A stretch of DNA of 64,000 bases from an uncultured Alphaproteobacteria bacterium (lineage in GTDB: Bacteria; Pseudomonadota; Alphaproteobacteria; HIMB59; GCA-002718135): the NCBI GenBank assembly GCA_902618015.1, contig CACMYX010000001.1:252028-316027 (forward strand), given 5' to 3'. Below are positions 16,293-25,584 of this stretch, piece by piece. The position numbers were made by a program, and so were the translations under genes. The notes beneath the pieces are model-generated. The model saw nothing but the letters and a program-made list of their open reading frames with translations. It ran no database searches and was not told the origin of the DNA. Within the stretch, counting starts at the first letter, position 1; the number at the start of each line of letters is the position of its first letter.

Positions 16293-18151
16293 GTTCATTA
16301 GTTGGTTTTTTAAGCTTAGTTTTTGCCATAGGTATTAATTTTTACTTATTTTTATCTAGATACATATTTAAATTTCAAAAACAAAAATTTAATTTTTTCA
16401 TCCGTTTTTCATCATTATTAACTTTGTTATCTTTTTTTTCATTGATGTATGCCTATGTGGTATCCGATTTCTCAAATTATAATGTCTTTCAAAACTCTCA
16501 CTCAAATAAACCCTTAATATATAAAATTTCAGGCACTTGGGGGAATCATGAAGGTTCGATGCTTTTGTGGTTAAGTATATTATCTATTTTTAGTTTCTTT
16601 TTTTCTTTTACAAAAAATATTGACAAAAGTTTTCAAAGATTAACATTAATTATCCAATCTTTACTTCATATTTTATTTGGTCTCTTTATCGTCTTTACAT
16701 CAAATCCATTTCTAGTTAATTCAATTTTAGTGAATGAAGGTTTAGGTTTAAATCCAATTTTACAAGATCCAGGTTTGGCTGTTCACCCTCCTATTTTATA
16801 TGGAGGCTACGTTGGCTATTCAATAGTTTTTAGCATTGCTATTGCAGGTTTATTTCAAAATACAGATGATGAATGGCTTTATGTTGCAAAAAAGTGGTCA
16901 TTGATCAGTTGGACTTTGTTAACTGGTGGAATAGCCCTAGGTTCATATTGGGCATATTATGAATTAGGATGGGGTGGTTGGTGGTTTTGGGATCCAGTTG
17001 AAAATATTTCACTGATGCCATGGATTGCTGGACTTGCATTAGTTCATTCACTCATGATGGTAAGAGGTGAGCAAGCTATTAAAAAATGGATAGTTTTTTT
17101 ATCAATTCTATGCTTTTCATTAAGTGTTTTTGGAACATTTTTGGTAAGATCTGGAATCTTAACAAGTGTACATTCATTTGCAGCAGATGCATCCAGAGGC
17201 ATATTTATATTACTAATTTTTTTTATTGTAACTGGATTTGGTTTTTTAGTTTTCTTGTTAAAAGAACCAAAAAAATCAAATGATTTAAACTTATTATTTA
17301 TCAATAAGGTTTCAGCACTTGTGATAAATAATATTTTAATGATTATAGCAACCTTAACTATTCTTTTAGGAACTATATACCCAATTATAATTGAGGTTAT
17401 GTATAATAAGAGAATATCGGTTGGGGGCCCTTATTTTAATGCAACAGTAATTCCTATAATGATCCCGGGTTTTTTATTAATGAGCATTGCACCAATTTTA
17501 TCCTGGCAAACAAATAAAATACAAAATTCAAAAAAATATGTACTAGGTTTTATTATCTTAAGTATTTTAGTTTCAATTCAATCATATTTTTTAGATTTTA
17601 ATACATGGGGTTTTGTTGGGCTACTTTTAGGTTTTTGGATAATATTAGCCTCAATTATTGCGATCTTTTCTTCTTACAAAGTTAAATTTACTATTAGGTT
17701 TATCCAAATAATTAATCCTCATATAGCGCATATTGGGGTCGGTATAGCTATAGTTGGTATCACTTGTTCTAGTGTTTTTCAAAATGAGCTAGATTTTAAC
17801 CTTAATGAGGGAGATAAGTTTAATGTAAATGGAAAAATTGTTTTGTTTGAAAAAATAGAAACAACTAATCAAATTAATTTCCAATCTTTAAGAGGAAAAT
17901 TTTTGTTTGATATTGAAAAAAATCAATCAAAAGAAATACAGGCTGGAAAAAATTTTTATCCTGTTTCTAAGATGATTACATCTGAAGCTGGTATTTTACA
18001 TCAGTGGAATAAGGATATATATTTAATCCTTGGTGATCAAAAAAATAATGAGTGGTTTGTAAAAGTTTTAATAAATCCATTTGTTAGCTTTATATGGCTT
18101 GGAGTGATAATAATGATTTATTCAGGTTTAATAGCAGTTTCTAGAAGATGA
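16289..18151 (+). CDS. ccmF: cytochrome c heme lyase subunit CcmF
   Basis: 620 aa polytopic protein with WWD motif WGGWWFWDPVEN. ATGA overlap with ccmE. Confidence 0.92.
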   Translation: MSSLVGFLSLVFAIGINFYLFLSRYIFKFQKQKFNFFIRFSSLLTLLSFFSLMYAYVVSDFSNYNVFQNSHSNKPLIYKISGTWGNHEGSMLLWLSILSIFSFFFSFTKNIDKSFQRLTLIIQSLLHILFGLFIVFTSNPFLVNSILVNEGLGLNPILQDPGLAVHPPILYGGYVGYSIVFSIAIAGLFQNTDDEWLYVAKKWSLISWTLLTGGIALGSYWAYYELGWGGWWFWDPVENISLMPWIAGLALVHSLMMVRGEQAIKKWIVFLSILCFSLSVFGTFLVRSGILTSVHSFAADASRGIFILLIFFIVTGFGFLVFLLKEPKKSNDLNLLFINKVSALVINNILMIIATLTILLGTIYPIIIEVMYNKRISVGGPYFNATVIPIMIPGFLLMSIAPILSWQTNKIQNSKKYVLGFIILSILVSIQSYFLDFNTWGFVGLLLGFWIILASIIAIFSSYKVKFTIRFIQIINPHIAHIGVGIAIVGITCSSVFQNELDFNLNEGDKFNVNGKIVLFEKIETTNQINFQSLRGKFLFDIEKNQSKEIQAGKNFYPVSKMITSEAGILHQWNKDIYLILGDQKNNEWFVKVLINPFVSFIWLGVIIMIYSGLIAVSRR

Positions 18152-18672
18152 ACAGGGTATTTATTTTAACACCATTAATGGTACTTTTAATCATATGTGT
18201 TTTTTCACTAGCTTATTTATTGAGTGGTAAAGACCCAAATAAACCACCGAGTGCACTCTTAAATAAAGATGTTCCTATTTTTGAAAGTAGTTCTCTTTAC
18301 AATTCAAAGGATATAATCAAATCAAAAGATATAAAAAATAAGAAGACCTTAATTAATTTTTTTGCTTCTTGGTGTAGTCCTTGTAAAATAGAGCATCCAC
18401 TTTTTTTTGAAATACGTAAAAAACATCCTGAGCTATATTTGTTGGGATTTAATCACAAAGATCTAACTTCTGATGCAAAAAAATATTTAGAGGATGATGG
18501 AAATCCATACGATTTTGTTGGCGTAGACTCTGATGGATTAATTGCATTAGAATTTGGTGTCTTTGGTCTACCAGAAACATATTTAATTAATGAGGATGGT
18601 AAGATTATCTATAAATTTATGGGTCCAATAACAATGGATGTTCTAAAAAATGAAATTGAACCACTTCTATAA
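18148..18672 (+). CDS. ccmG: thiol:disulfide oxidoreductase CcmG/DsbE
   Basis: Membrane anchor plus thioredoxin fold with WCSPC active site and GVFGLPETY motif. Confidence 0.9.
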   Translation: MNRVFILTPLMVLLIICVFSLAYLLSGKDPNKPPSALLNKDVPIFESSSLYNSKDIIKSKDIKNKKTLINFFASWCSPCKIEHPLFFEIRKKHPELYLLGFNHKDLTSDAKKYLEDDGNPYDFVGVDSDGLIALEFGVFGLPETYLINEDGKIIYKFMGPITMDVLKNEIEPLL

Positions 18673-19036
18673 ATTATCACATATAATAATTTTTAGTTTT
18701 GTATTTTTTACTTTTAAAATATTTGCAGTTGAAAATATCGATGAGAGAGTAAAAAAATTAACCTTAGAGTTACGATGCATGACTTGTCAAAATCAAAGCA
18801 TTTATGACTCAGATGCAGAATTCTCAAATGATATAAAAAAAATAGTTAAAAATAAGTTGAAAAATGGAGAAAGTGAGCGAGATATTAAGAAATTTTTAGT
18901 TGAAAGATATGGAGAATACATTCTTTTTAGACCATTAATGAATTATAATAATATCTTTCTTTGGAGTTTTCCTTTTATATTACTAATAATTGGCTTGTTT
19001 TTTGTATTAATTAAGAGCAAAGGAAATAAGGTTTGA
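18650..19036 (+). CDS. ccmH: cytochrome c-type biogenesis protein CcmH
   Basis: LRCMTCQNQS (LRCxxCQ) motif and C-terminal TM helix. Overlaps the ccmG end. Confidence 0.85.
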   Translation: MKLNHFYKLSHIIIFSFVFFTFKIFAVENIDERVKKLTLELRCMTCQNQSIYDSDAEFSNDIKKIVKNKLKNGESERDIKKFLVERYGEYILFRPLMNYNNIFLWSFPFILLIIGLFFVLIKSKGNKV

Positions 19037-19112
19037 ACAATTTATTTTGTTTTTTTTTATTTAGATTATATGGTTCTCATATAATTTAGAAATACTTCTT
19101 CAAGGAGGAAAA

Positions 19113-19946
19113 GTGAAAAAAATTTTAATATACTTATTATCAATTGGTATTTTTGGATTTGCCTCAATTGCAAATTCACAAACAATAAGAATTGGTACAG
19201 AAGGTGCTTACCCACCATGGAATAATCTTAATTCTGCAGGTGAGCTGGAAGGTGCAGAAATAGATTTTGGTAATGAAGCTTGTAAGCGCATGGGTGTTAC
19301 TTGTGAATGGGTAACTCAAGATTGGGATGGTATAATACCTGCTCTTCTTCAAGGTAAATATGACATTATTATTGCTGGAATGTCTATTACCGAAGAAAGA
19401 AAAGAAAAAGTTAACTTTACTACTGGATATATGACTGATGGAGCAAGATTTGCTGTTTTAAAAAATAGCGGTTTAGCAAATTTAAATATTGCAGGTATGG
19501 CTAAAGTTAACCTTAATAATGCAGGTGGAAAGGAACAAGCTGCAATAGGTCAATTAATTGCTGCAATGGATGGTAAAACTGTCTGTGTTCAATCTTCAAC
19601 AATTCACCAAAATTTTTTAGAAAAACATATGTCTGGTGCAGTCGATGTTAAACTGTATCAAGCAGTTGACGATCACAATTTAGATTTAGCCGCTGGAAGA
19701 TGTGATGCTGTTCTAGCTGATGTAGGATCAATTATTGATTTTATGGAATCCGATGGAGGTGTTGATGTTGCGTTTACTGGTCCAACTTTTTCGGGTGGAG
19801 TCTTTGGTGATGGTGTTGGCGGAGCAGTTAGAAAAGAAGATACAAATATCTTAGAAATGTGGAATGCTGCCATTGCAGAAATGTCGAAAGATGGAACTAC
19901 TGCAGAGATTACTAAGGAATGGTTTGGTAGAGATATTTCTATGTAA
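19113..19946 (+). CDS. periplasmic amino-acid-binding protein (family 3 SBP; His/Lys/Arg/Orn/opine type)
   Basis: GTG start 6 nt after AAGGAGG. Signal peptide, then IRIGTEGAYPPWN and the GKYDIIIAGMSITEERK pattern of polar amino-acid SBPs. No permease or ATPase gene is adjacent. Confidence 0.8.
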   Translation: MKKILIYLLSIGIFGFASIANSQTIRIGTEGAYPPWNNLNSAGELEGAEIDFGNEACKRMGVTCEWVTQDWDGIIPALLQGKYDIIIAGMSITEERKEKVNFTTGYMTDGARFAVLKNSGLANLNIAGMAKVNLNNAGGKEQAAIGQLIAAMDGKTVCVQSSTIHQNFLEKHMSGAVDVKLYQAVDDHNLDLAAGRCDAVLADVGSIIDFMESDGGVDVAFTGPTFSGGVFGDGVGGAVRKEDTNILEMWNAAIAEMSKDGTTAEITKEWFGRDISM

Positions 19947-19965
19947 TTTAAGAATTAATTAATTT

Positions 19966-19994
19966 AAAAGCGGTCTTATAAGACCGCTTTTTTT
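19966..19994 (+). terminator. intrinsic terminator
   Basis: AAAAGCGGTCTT-ata-AAGACCGCTTTT followed by a T-run that ends at the next ATG (19995). Confidence 0.75.
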
Positions 19995-20654
19995 ATGAGT
20001 AAAAATTATCCTTCAAAAGAGTATTACAAAAATTTAGATTTTTACAAAGACATGCATCAAAATGGTTATCATTTGATTGATGGCAGAAAAAGACAAGCAA
20101 AAAATGCCTACGATGGAAAAAGTACTCTGGCCTACGCACCAATTATTAAAAATATAATTCAAAATGAAAAAGTTAAAAATATGATTGATTATGGGTGTGG
20201 AAAGGGGAATTTTTATAATAATGGTTTTAGTCTTGGAGGTAATAGTATTCCACCTCTTAGAGATTACTGGGGTATTAAAATAAAACTCTATGATCCATGT
20301 TATGAAAAATATTCAAAATTTGAAAAAAACGAAATTTTTGATTTATTAATTTGTATCGATGTTTTAGAGCATATTCCTGAAGACGATATTGACTGGATAT
20401 TAAAAAGATTTTTTTCTATTTCAAATAAATTTATATTTATTAATGTTGCTTGTTATGAAGCTATTGCTTTATTACCTGATGGGAAAAATGCACATATAAA
20501 TGTGCAAAAACCAATTTGGTGGTCAAATAAAATTCAAAAATTGTTAAAAAATCAAAATCAGATAAAATTAATATGTGTTTGTACCATCAAAGATAATGGC
20601 AAAATAAAACATATTCCTTTAGAATATGGTTGTAAAATTAAAGACTATTTATAA
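19995..20654 (+). CDS. class I SAM-dependent methyltransferase
   Basis: Motif I IDYGCGKG and post-II LICIDVLEHIPEDD. Clear paralogue of ORF 48896-49471. Confidence 0.65.
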   Translation: MSKNYPSKEYYKNLDFYKDMHQNGYHLIDGRKRQAKNAYDGKSTLAYAPIIKNIIQNEKVKNMIDYGCGKGNFYNNGFSLGGNSIPPLRDYWGIKIKLYDPCYEKYSKFEKNEIFDLLICIDVLEHIPEDDIDWILKRFFSISNKFIFINVACYEAIALLPDGKNAHINVQKPIWWSNKIQKLLKNQNQIKLICVCTIKDNGKIKHIPLEYGCKIKDYL

Positions 20655-20939
20655 ATGAATTCACTGTTATATTTAATCATTCAAATTATTAATTTATTTC
20701 AATTTGTCCTTATTGTTTACATAATATTAACATGGCTTGTGAACTTTAATATAATCAATACAAGTAATCGATTAGTTTATCTTATTCTTGATAGTTTGTA
20801 TAGAATGTGCGAACCAAGTTTAAATTTTGTTAGAAGTTACTTGCCTAGTCTTGGAGCAATAGATTTATCACCTATTATTGTATATCTTGGCTTATGGTTT
20901 ATTAAGAGTCTATTAATTGAATATTGGCCAACATACTAA
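20655..20939 (+). CDS. yggT: YggT family membrane protein
   Basis: 94 aa with two TM segments. YggT-like L..W.....N and DLSPII pattern. Confidence 0.7.
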   Translation: MNSLLYLIIQIINLFQFVLIVYIILTWLVNFNIINTSNRLVYLILDSLYRMCEPSLNFVRSYLPSLGAIDLSPIIVYLGLWFIKSLLIEYWPTY

Positions 20940-21817
20940 TGACTTATATTTTAGATGGAAAAAAAGTAGCTAAGAAACTTAAAGATAATTTAAAGGGAGA
21001 AATTGAAAATTTAAAAAATAAATATAACCGTGTTCCTGGGTTAGCCGTTGTTCAAGTAGGGAATGTAGCGGCAAGTAGTATTTATGTAAATGCAAAAACA
21101 AAAGCTGCTAAAGAAGTTGGTATTAATGTTTTTGATCATCACTTACAAGATAATATTAAACAAAAAGACCTCATAGATTTGATAGAACAATTAAACTACA
21201 ATGATGAAGTTGATGGAATTCTTGTTCAACTCCCCTTACCTAAAACTTTTAATGAACAAGAGATTTTAGATTGTATAACTCCCAAAAAAGATGCAGATGG
21301 TTTTCATCCAATAAATGTTGGAAAACTATCAATAAGTCAAAAAAATGATGAAAATTTACTTATACCCTGCACCCCTTTTGGATGTTTATTATTATTGAGA
21401 GAACTTGATGTAAGTTTAGCCGGTAAAAATGCTGTTATAATTGGAAGATCAAATATTGTTGGTAAACCAATGGCTCAATTATTATTAAAAGAATCTTGCA
21501 CTGTTACAATTGTACATTCCAAAACCGTTGAAATTGAAAAAATTTGTAAAAGTGCAGATATATTAGTTGCTGCAATAGGTAAGCCTGAGTTAGTAAAAGA
21601 GGATTGGGTCAAAGATGGAGCAATTATTATTGATGTTGGTATAAATAGAGTTCAAATTAATCAACAGAAATCAAAAATAGTTGGTGATGTTAACTTTGAA
21701 GAAGTTAAAAGAAAAGCATTTGCGATTTCTCCTGTACCTGGAGGTGTTGGACCTATGACTATTGCATGCCTTTTAAGAAATACTTTTATTTCGTGCAAAA
21801 AAAAATTATTAGTCTGA
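20939..21817 (+). CDS. folD: bifunctional methylenetetrahydrofolate dehydrogenase / methenyl-THF cyclohydrolase
   Basis: The ATG at 20939 (TAATG overlap with the yggT stop) gives MTYILDGKK.., a typical FolD N-terminus. Also VQLPLP, GRSNIVGKP and PVPGGVGPMT motifs. Confidence 0.92.
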   Translation: MTYILDGKKVAKKLKDNLKGEIENLKNKYNRVPGLAVVQVGNVAASSIYVNAKTKAAKEVGINVFDHHLQDNIKQKDLIDLIEQLNYNDEVDGILVQLPLPKTFNEQEILDCITPKKDADGFHPINVGKLSISQKNDENLLIPCTPFGCLLLLRELDVSLAGKNAVIIGRSNIVGKPMAQLLLKESCTVTIVHSKTVEIEKICKSADILVAAIGKPELVKEDWVKDGAIIIDVGINRVQINQQKSKIVGDVNFEEVKRKAFAISPVPGGVGPMTIACLLRNTFISCKKKLLV

Positions 21818-22660
21818 AGTAATTTTTTTAATATGTTTTAGGAATACATCTACAGTAATTTCTTTTCTAGCTTCTGCACAATGATTACATAAATTTTTAT
21901 ATTCTCCACAGGGTGAGAATTCATTTTGATAATATATATTTTCATGAAAATCATAACTCATAGTTTCTGGTGAAATCCAACCTCCACAATATATAACTGC
22001 TTTTTTATTTAAAGCAGCTGCTACATGACCAAATCCACCATGAGGACCAATAAAGAAATCTGTTTCATTTAATACTGCACAAGCTAGTCGAAAATCAAGT
22101 TTGTCTGGTGTGTAGACATCAAAAGAATTTTTTGTTTCTTGATGAACAGATTGAATTATTAAATAATCTTTTTTAATTATATTAATTAGTTTTTTCCAAT
22201 TATAGAATCCCCAATCTAAATTCTTCTGTTTAATTCCAAACTGCTTATCATTAATCTTAGTAGATGATGTTTCTAAAAAAATTATATTTCTAAATTTTTT
22301 ATCATTTTTATCATTCCAATAAATCTTAGCTTGAGTAATTATATCTTTAGCGATGTTTATTTCTTTATTAGAAAAATATAATTTTCCAGGCTCTGGTTTA
22401 AATTTTCTCCAAATATATTTACTATTAGTACTATTTTTATAATCAATGTAAGGTCTATTATGGGGGTGATAATTAATTAAATGCGTTGGTTTATTTTTGT
22501 TTAGGTTTCTACAATCAGATATATTTGGATTATTATCATAAACAGGTGAGTGGAAAGCCGTATTTTCATTTACATTACCAATTATGATCTGTCTATCAGG
22601 ATATTTTTCCTTAATTTTTGATGCATAAGTGGTAATTAGTAAGTCGTCACCATAACCCAT
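21809..22660 (-). CDS. GT9-like glycosyltransferase (heptosyltransferase family-like)
   Basis: N-terminal GYGDDLL and C-terminal FIGPHGGFGHVAAALNKKAVIY resemble the GT9 DSGxMHLAAAxGxP region. Confidence 0.5.
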   Translation of the reverse strand: MGYGDDLLITTYASKIKEKYPDRQIIIGNVNENTAFHSPVYDNNPNISDCRNLNKNKPTHLINYHPHNRPYIDYKNSTNSKYIWRKFKPEPGKLYFSNKEINIAKDIITQAKIYWNDKNDKKFRNIIFLETSSTKINDKQFGIKQKNLDWGFYNWKKLINIIKKDYLIIQSVHQETKNSFDVYTPDKLDFRLACAVLNETDFFIGPHGGFGHVAAALNKKAVIYCGGWISPETMSYDFHENIYYQNEFSPCGEYKNLCNHCAEARKEITVDVFLKHIKKITSD

Positions 22661-22663
22661 AAA

Positions 22664-23854
22664 CTATCTATCGTTTTTTTTTAATCTTATTGAATTTATT
22701 TTTATAAATCCTTCTGCATCTTTTTGATTATAATCACCAACTTCATCAAATGATACTAAGGAGTTATCATAAAGACTATTTTTAGATTTCCGACCAAGTA
22801 TTATTACATTTCCCTTAAGAATTTTTAGTTTCACTTCTCCATTCACATTATGTTGAGTAGAATCAATTAGATTTTGCATAGATAATCTTTCAGATGAAAA
22901 CCATAATCCATTATAAATTGTTTCCGCATACTTTGGCATTATCTCGTCTTTAAGATGGGCCTCTCCTTTGTCCAAAGTTATACTTTCAACTGCCCTTCTA
23001 GCTTGTAATAATATTGTTCCTCCTGGTGTTTCATAAACACCTCTTGATTTCATTCCGACAAACCTGTTTTCCACAATATCAATTCTTCCAACGCCATGAT
23101 TTCCTGCAATGGAATTTAACTTTGCTAAAATTTTATGAGGCTTTAAATTTTCCTCATTAACTGAAATTGGGTCTCCATTCTTAAATGCAATTGTTAATAT
23201 TTCAGCTTTGTTTGGAGCATTTTCAATACTATTTGTTCTTGAAAATACGTACTCAGGAGGTTCTATCCATGGATCTTCTAAAAGCTTTCCTTCTGAAGAA
23301 GTATGTAAAAGATTTGAATCGGTACTAAACGGTGGTTCACCCATTTTATCTTTTGGAACTGTTATTTGATTTTTTTTTGCGTATTCAATTAAATCTTTTC
23401 TACTAACAAACTCCCAATCTCTCCATGGAGCAATGACTTCAATGTTAGGATTATTTGCATAATAGCCTAACTCAAATCTCACTTGATCATTTCCCTTCCC
23501 TGTGGCTCCATGAGCAACAGCATCGGCACCTACAAATTTTGCAATTTCAATTTGTCTTTTAGCTATTAAAGGTCTTGCTATAGCAGTTCCTAATAAATAT
23601 GAACCTTCATAAAGAGTATTTGCTCTGAACATTGGAAAAACATATTCTCTTACAAATTCCTCTTGTAAGTCTTCAATGAAGATTTCTTCTACACCTAAAG
23701 TTTTAGCCTTTGTTTCAATTGGTGATAGCTCATCTCCCTGACCAATATCAGCTGTAAAAGTTACAACTGGACAATTATATTTATTTTGAAGCCATTTAAG
23801 AATGACACTTGTATCTAATCCGCCAGAATAAGCTAGAACAATTTTTTTAGGCAT
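22664..23854 (-). CDS. argG: argininosuccinate synthase
   Basis: [12 protein letters not shown]-binding motif and [13 protein letters not shown]. 396 aa. Confidence 0.95.
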   Translation of the reverse strand: MPKKIVLAYSGGLDTSVILKWLQNKYNCPVVTFTADIGQGDELSPIETKAKTLGVEEIFIEDLQEEFVREYVFPMFRANTLYEGSYLLGTAIARPLIAKRQIEIAKFVGADAVAHGATGKGNDQVRFELGYYANNPNIEVIAPWRDWEFVSRKDLIEYAKKNQITVPKDKMGEPPFSTDSNLLHTSSEGKLLEDPWIEPPEYVFSRTNSIENAPNKAEILTIAFKNGDPISVNEENLKPHKILAKLNSIAGNHGVGRIDIVENRFVGMKSRGVYETPGGTILLQARRAVESITLDKGEAHLKDEIMPKYAETIYNGLWFSSERLSMQNLIDSTQHNVNGEVKLKILKGNVIILGRKSKNSLYDNSLVSFDEVGDYNQKDAEGFIKINSIRLKKNDR

Positions 23855-24328
23855 TCAGCATTCTTCATTTAATTTATTATAAGCTGCTGTAAATCCATTA
23901 AGCGTATATATATCATTTGTAACAGTGCCTCTAGAAGACTCGCCTGTAACTTTAAGTTCAAGTCCTTTTTTCATTGCGAAAATAACTTTGCTATCTTCTT
24001 CAGTCCATGCAGCAGTTGGCAAATCTTCAGTTGTATAAAATTGATAATCTCCTTTATCTATATTTACAATTATGTCAGAAGGCACCTTGTAGTTATAACC
24101 GGCTTCGATTTGAACTACAGTTTCTGGATTACCAATATTTTTGTAGACTAAAACATAAAAATTACCTCTTTTCTTATCACTTGGCAAATCTGTTTCTGTA
24201 GCTAAACTACCGATATAACAATACTCATCCGCTTTCTCAAAAGACCACTTTCCTGCTTCTAATGCCATCAGTGTACTAGGAAGTGCTACATATAGCACTA
24301 TTAAAAATATAAGAAAATTTTTCATCAA
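23855..24328 (-). CDS. secreted protein, possibly IalB-like (invasion-associated locus B family)
   Basis: Signal peptide. C-terminal ..LNGFTAAYNKL resembles the IalB-family sL.GF..A..L ending. The assignment is tentative. Confidence 0.4.
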   Translation of the reverse strand: MMKNFLIFLIVLYVALPSTLMALEAGKWSFEKADEYCYIGSLATETDLPSDKKRGNFYVLVYKNIGNPETVVQIEAGYNYKVPSDIIVNIDKGDYQFYTTEDLPTAAWTEEDSKVIFAMKKGLELKVTGESSRGTVTNDIYTLNGFTAAYNKLNEEC

Positions 24329-24397
24329 TTCCTTCTTTTAGTATATCTTATGCAATTAGTTAAGAACGTTTAATCAATGTTAGAATCTTTTTGAATT

Positions 24398-24934
24398 ATG
24401 GATAAATTAAAACTAAATGATTTGATGAAAAGAATTCAAAAAGACCGCGACGAAATGGCCTTTTCACAAATTTTTGATTTATTTGCACCAAAAGTTAACT
24501 CATATTTTATTCAAAATAGGATCAACTTAGAAAGCTCTGAAGAGCTTACACAAGAAGTTTTAAGTACTGTTTGGGTAAAATCAAACCTATATGATTCAAA
24601 AAAATCAGCCCTTTCAACATGGATATTTACTATCGCAAGAAACAAAAAAATAGACTTTTTAAGGAAAAATTCAAAAATAAATTTTAAAGAAGAAGATATA
24701 CGAGAGTTTTTATACCAAGATAGAGAGATTGATTTGATTGAAGAAAATGAGGCAAAAAAACAAATTGAAAGAATAAATAATGAGCTGGATGAGCAACAGA
24801 AAATAATCATAAAAATGAACTTTTTTGAAAATAAAAGTCATAAAAAAATTGCAGATGAGCTTGAAATTCCTTTAGGGACAGTTAAATCAAGAATAAGGCA
24901 TATTTTAACAAAAATGCATGGATTTTTAAGATGA
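24398..24934 (+). CDS. rpoE: ECF-type sigma-70 family sigma factor (RpoE-ChrR type)
   Basis: Region 2 (TWIFTIARNKKIDFLR) and region 4 (HKKIADELEIPLGTVKSRI). ATGA-coupled to a ChrR-like gene. Confidence 0.8.
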   Translation: MDKLKLNDLMKRIQKDRDEMAFSQIFDLFAPKVNSYFIQNRINLESSEELTQEVLSTVWVKSNLYDSKKSALSTWIFTIARNKKIDFLRKNSKINFKEEDIREFLYQDREIDLIEENEAKKQIERINNELDEQQKIIIKMNFFENKSHKKIADELEIPLGTVKSRIRHILTKMHGFLR

Positions 24935-25560
24935 ACGGAACAGCAGTAAAAAACCAACTTATATTTGATTTTGCTTCGGGTATACTAGGCCCGGCAAAGT
25001 CTCTCTTTGCATCAACATACCTACATTTAAATTCAAATGCCTCTAGAATTGGCAGCGTATTTGAGAATGTGCTTGGCGAAAATCTAATGGATAATGAAAA
25101 CATTCTTCCTAAAAGTTTGAAGTATACAGACTGCATGAATAATGAAAACAGCAAACCTATTTCAAATCTTAAAGATCCGGTAACTACTTTCTTTGGTGAC
25201 TTAAACAATTTAAAATGGAAACAAGTTTATAAAGGCTTCAAAGAGTATGCAGCCCCAATTAATGATAAAGATGAATTAAAATTAATAAAAATGGATCCTG
25301 GAGTCTCAGTACCAATTCATTCTCACGGTGGGAAAGAGTATATACTGGTTTTGGAAGGTAGTTTCTGCGATGAATATGGCGAATACTCTAAAGGAGATAT
25401 TCAGATAAACGACCAAAAAATAAAACATACTCCAATTGCATCAAATAATTCGGGATGTGTATGTTTGAGCATAACTGAAAAAGATGTAATATTTTTTGGT
25501 AGGTATGGCTCTTTCTTAAATTTATTTACATTTATTAAATCTTTTTTTAAGCAAAAATAG
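24931..25560 (+). CDS. chrR: ChrR-like anti-sigma factor with C-terminal cupin domain
   Basis: N-terminal LIFDFASG..A.SLFASTYL matches the ChrR anti-sigma domain. The cupin motif is PIHSHGGKEYILVLEG...IKHTP. Confidence 0.7.
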   Translation: MNGTAVKNQLIFDFASGILGPAKSLFASTYLHLNSNASRIGSVFENVLGENLMDNENILPKSLKYTDCMNNENSKPISNLKDPVTTFFGDLNNLKWKQVYKGFKEYAAPINDKDELKLIKMDPGVSVPIHSHGGKEYILVLEGSFCDEYGEYSKGDIQINDQKIKHTPIASNNSGCVCLSITEKDVIFFGRYGSFLNLFTFIKSFFKQK

Positions 25561-25584
25561 TTTCATTATTATATATTATTCTAC

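Noticed and set aside
20924-20938. TTG start for folD (MANILM..)
   Set aside because: The ATG at 20939 gives the canonical FolD N-terminus (MTYILDGK) and the typical TAATG stop/start coupling with yggT.
24329-24397. Autoregulated RpoE-type promoter upstream of the ECF sigma gene
   Set aside because: From memory the Rhodobacter RpoE consensus is TGATCC-N16-18-TAAGA. A TAAGA is present at 24361-24365, but no TGATCC-like -35 lies at the right distance. This is insufficient to call a promoter.
24511-25208. Minus-strand ORFs 24511-24810 and 24882-25208
   Set aside because: They lie antisense within the sigma/ChrR genes, which have clear motifs. They are typical AT-rich shadow ORFs.
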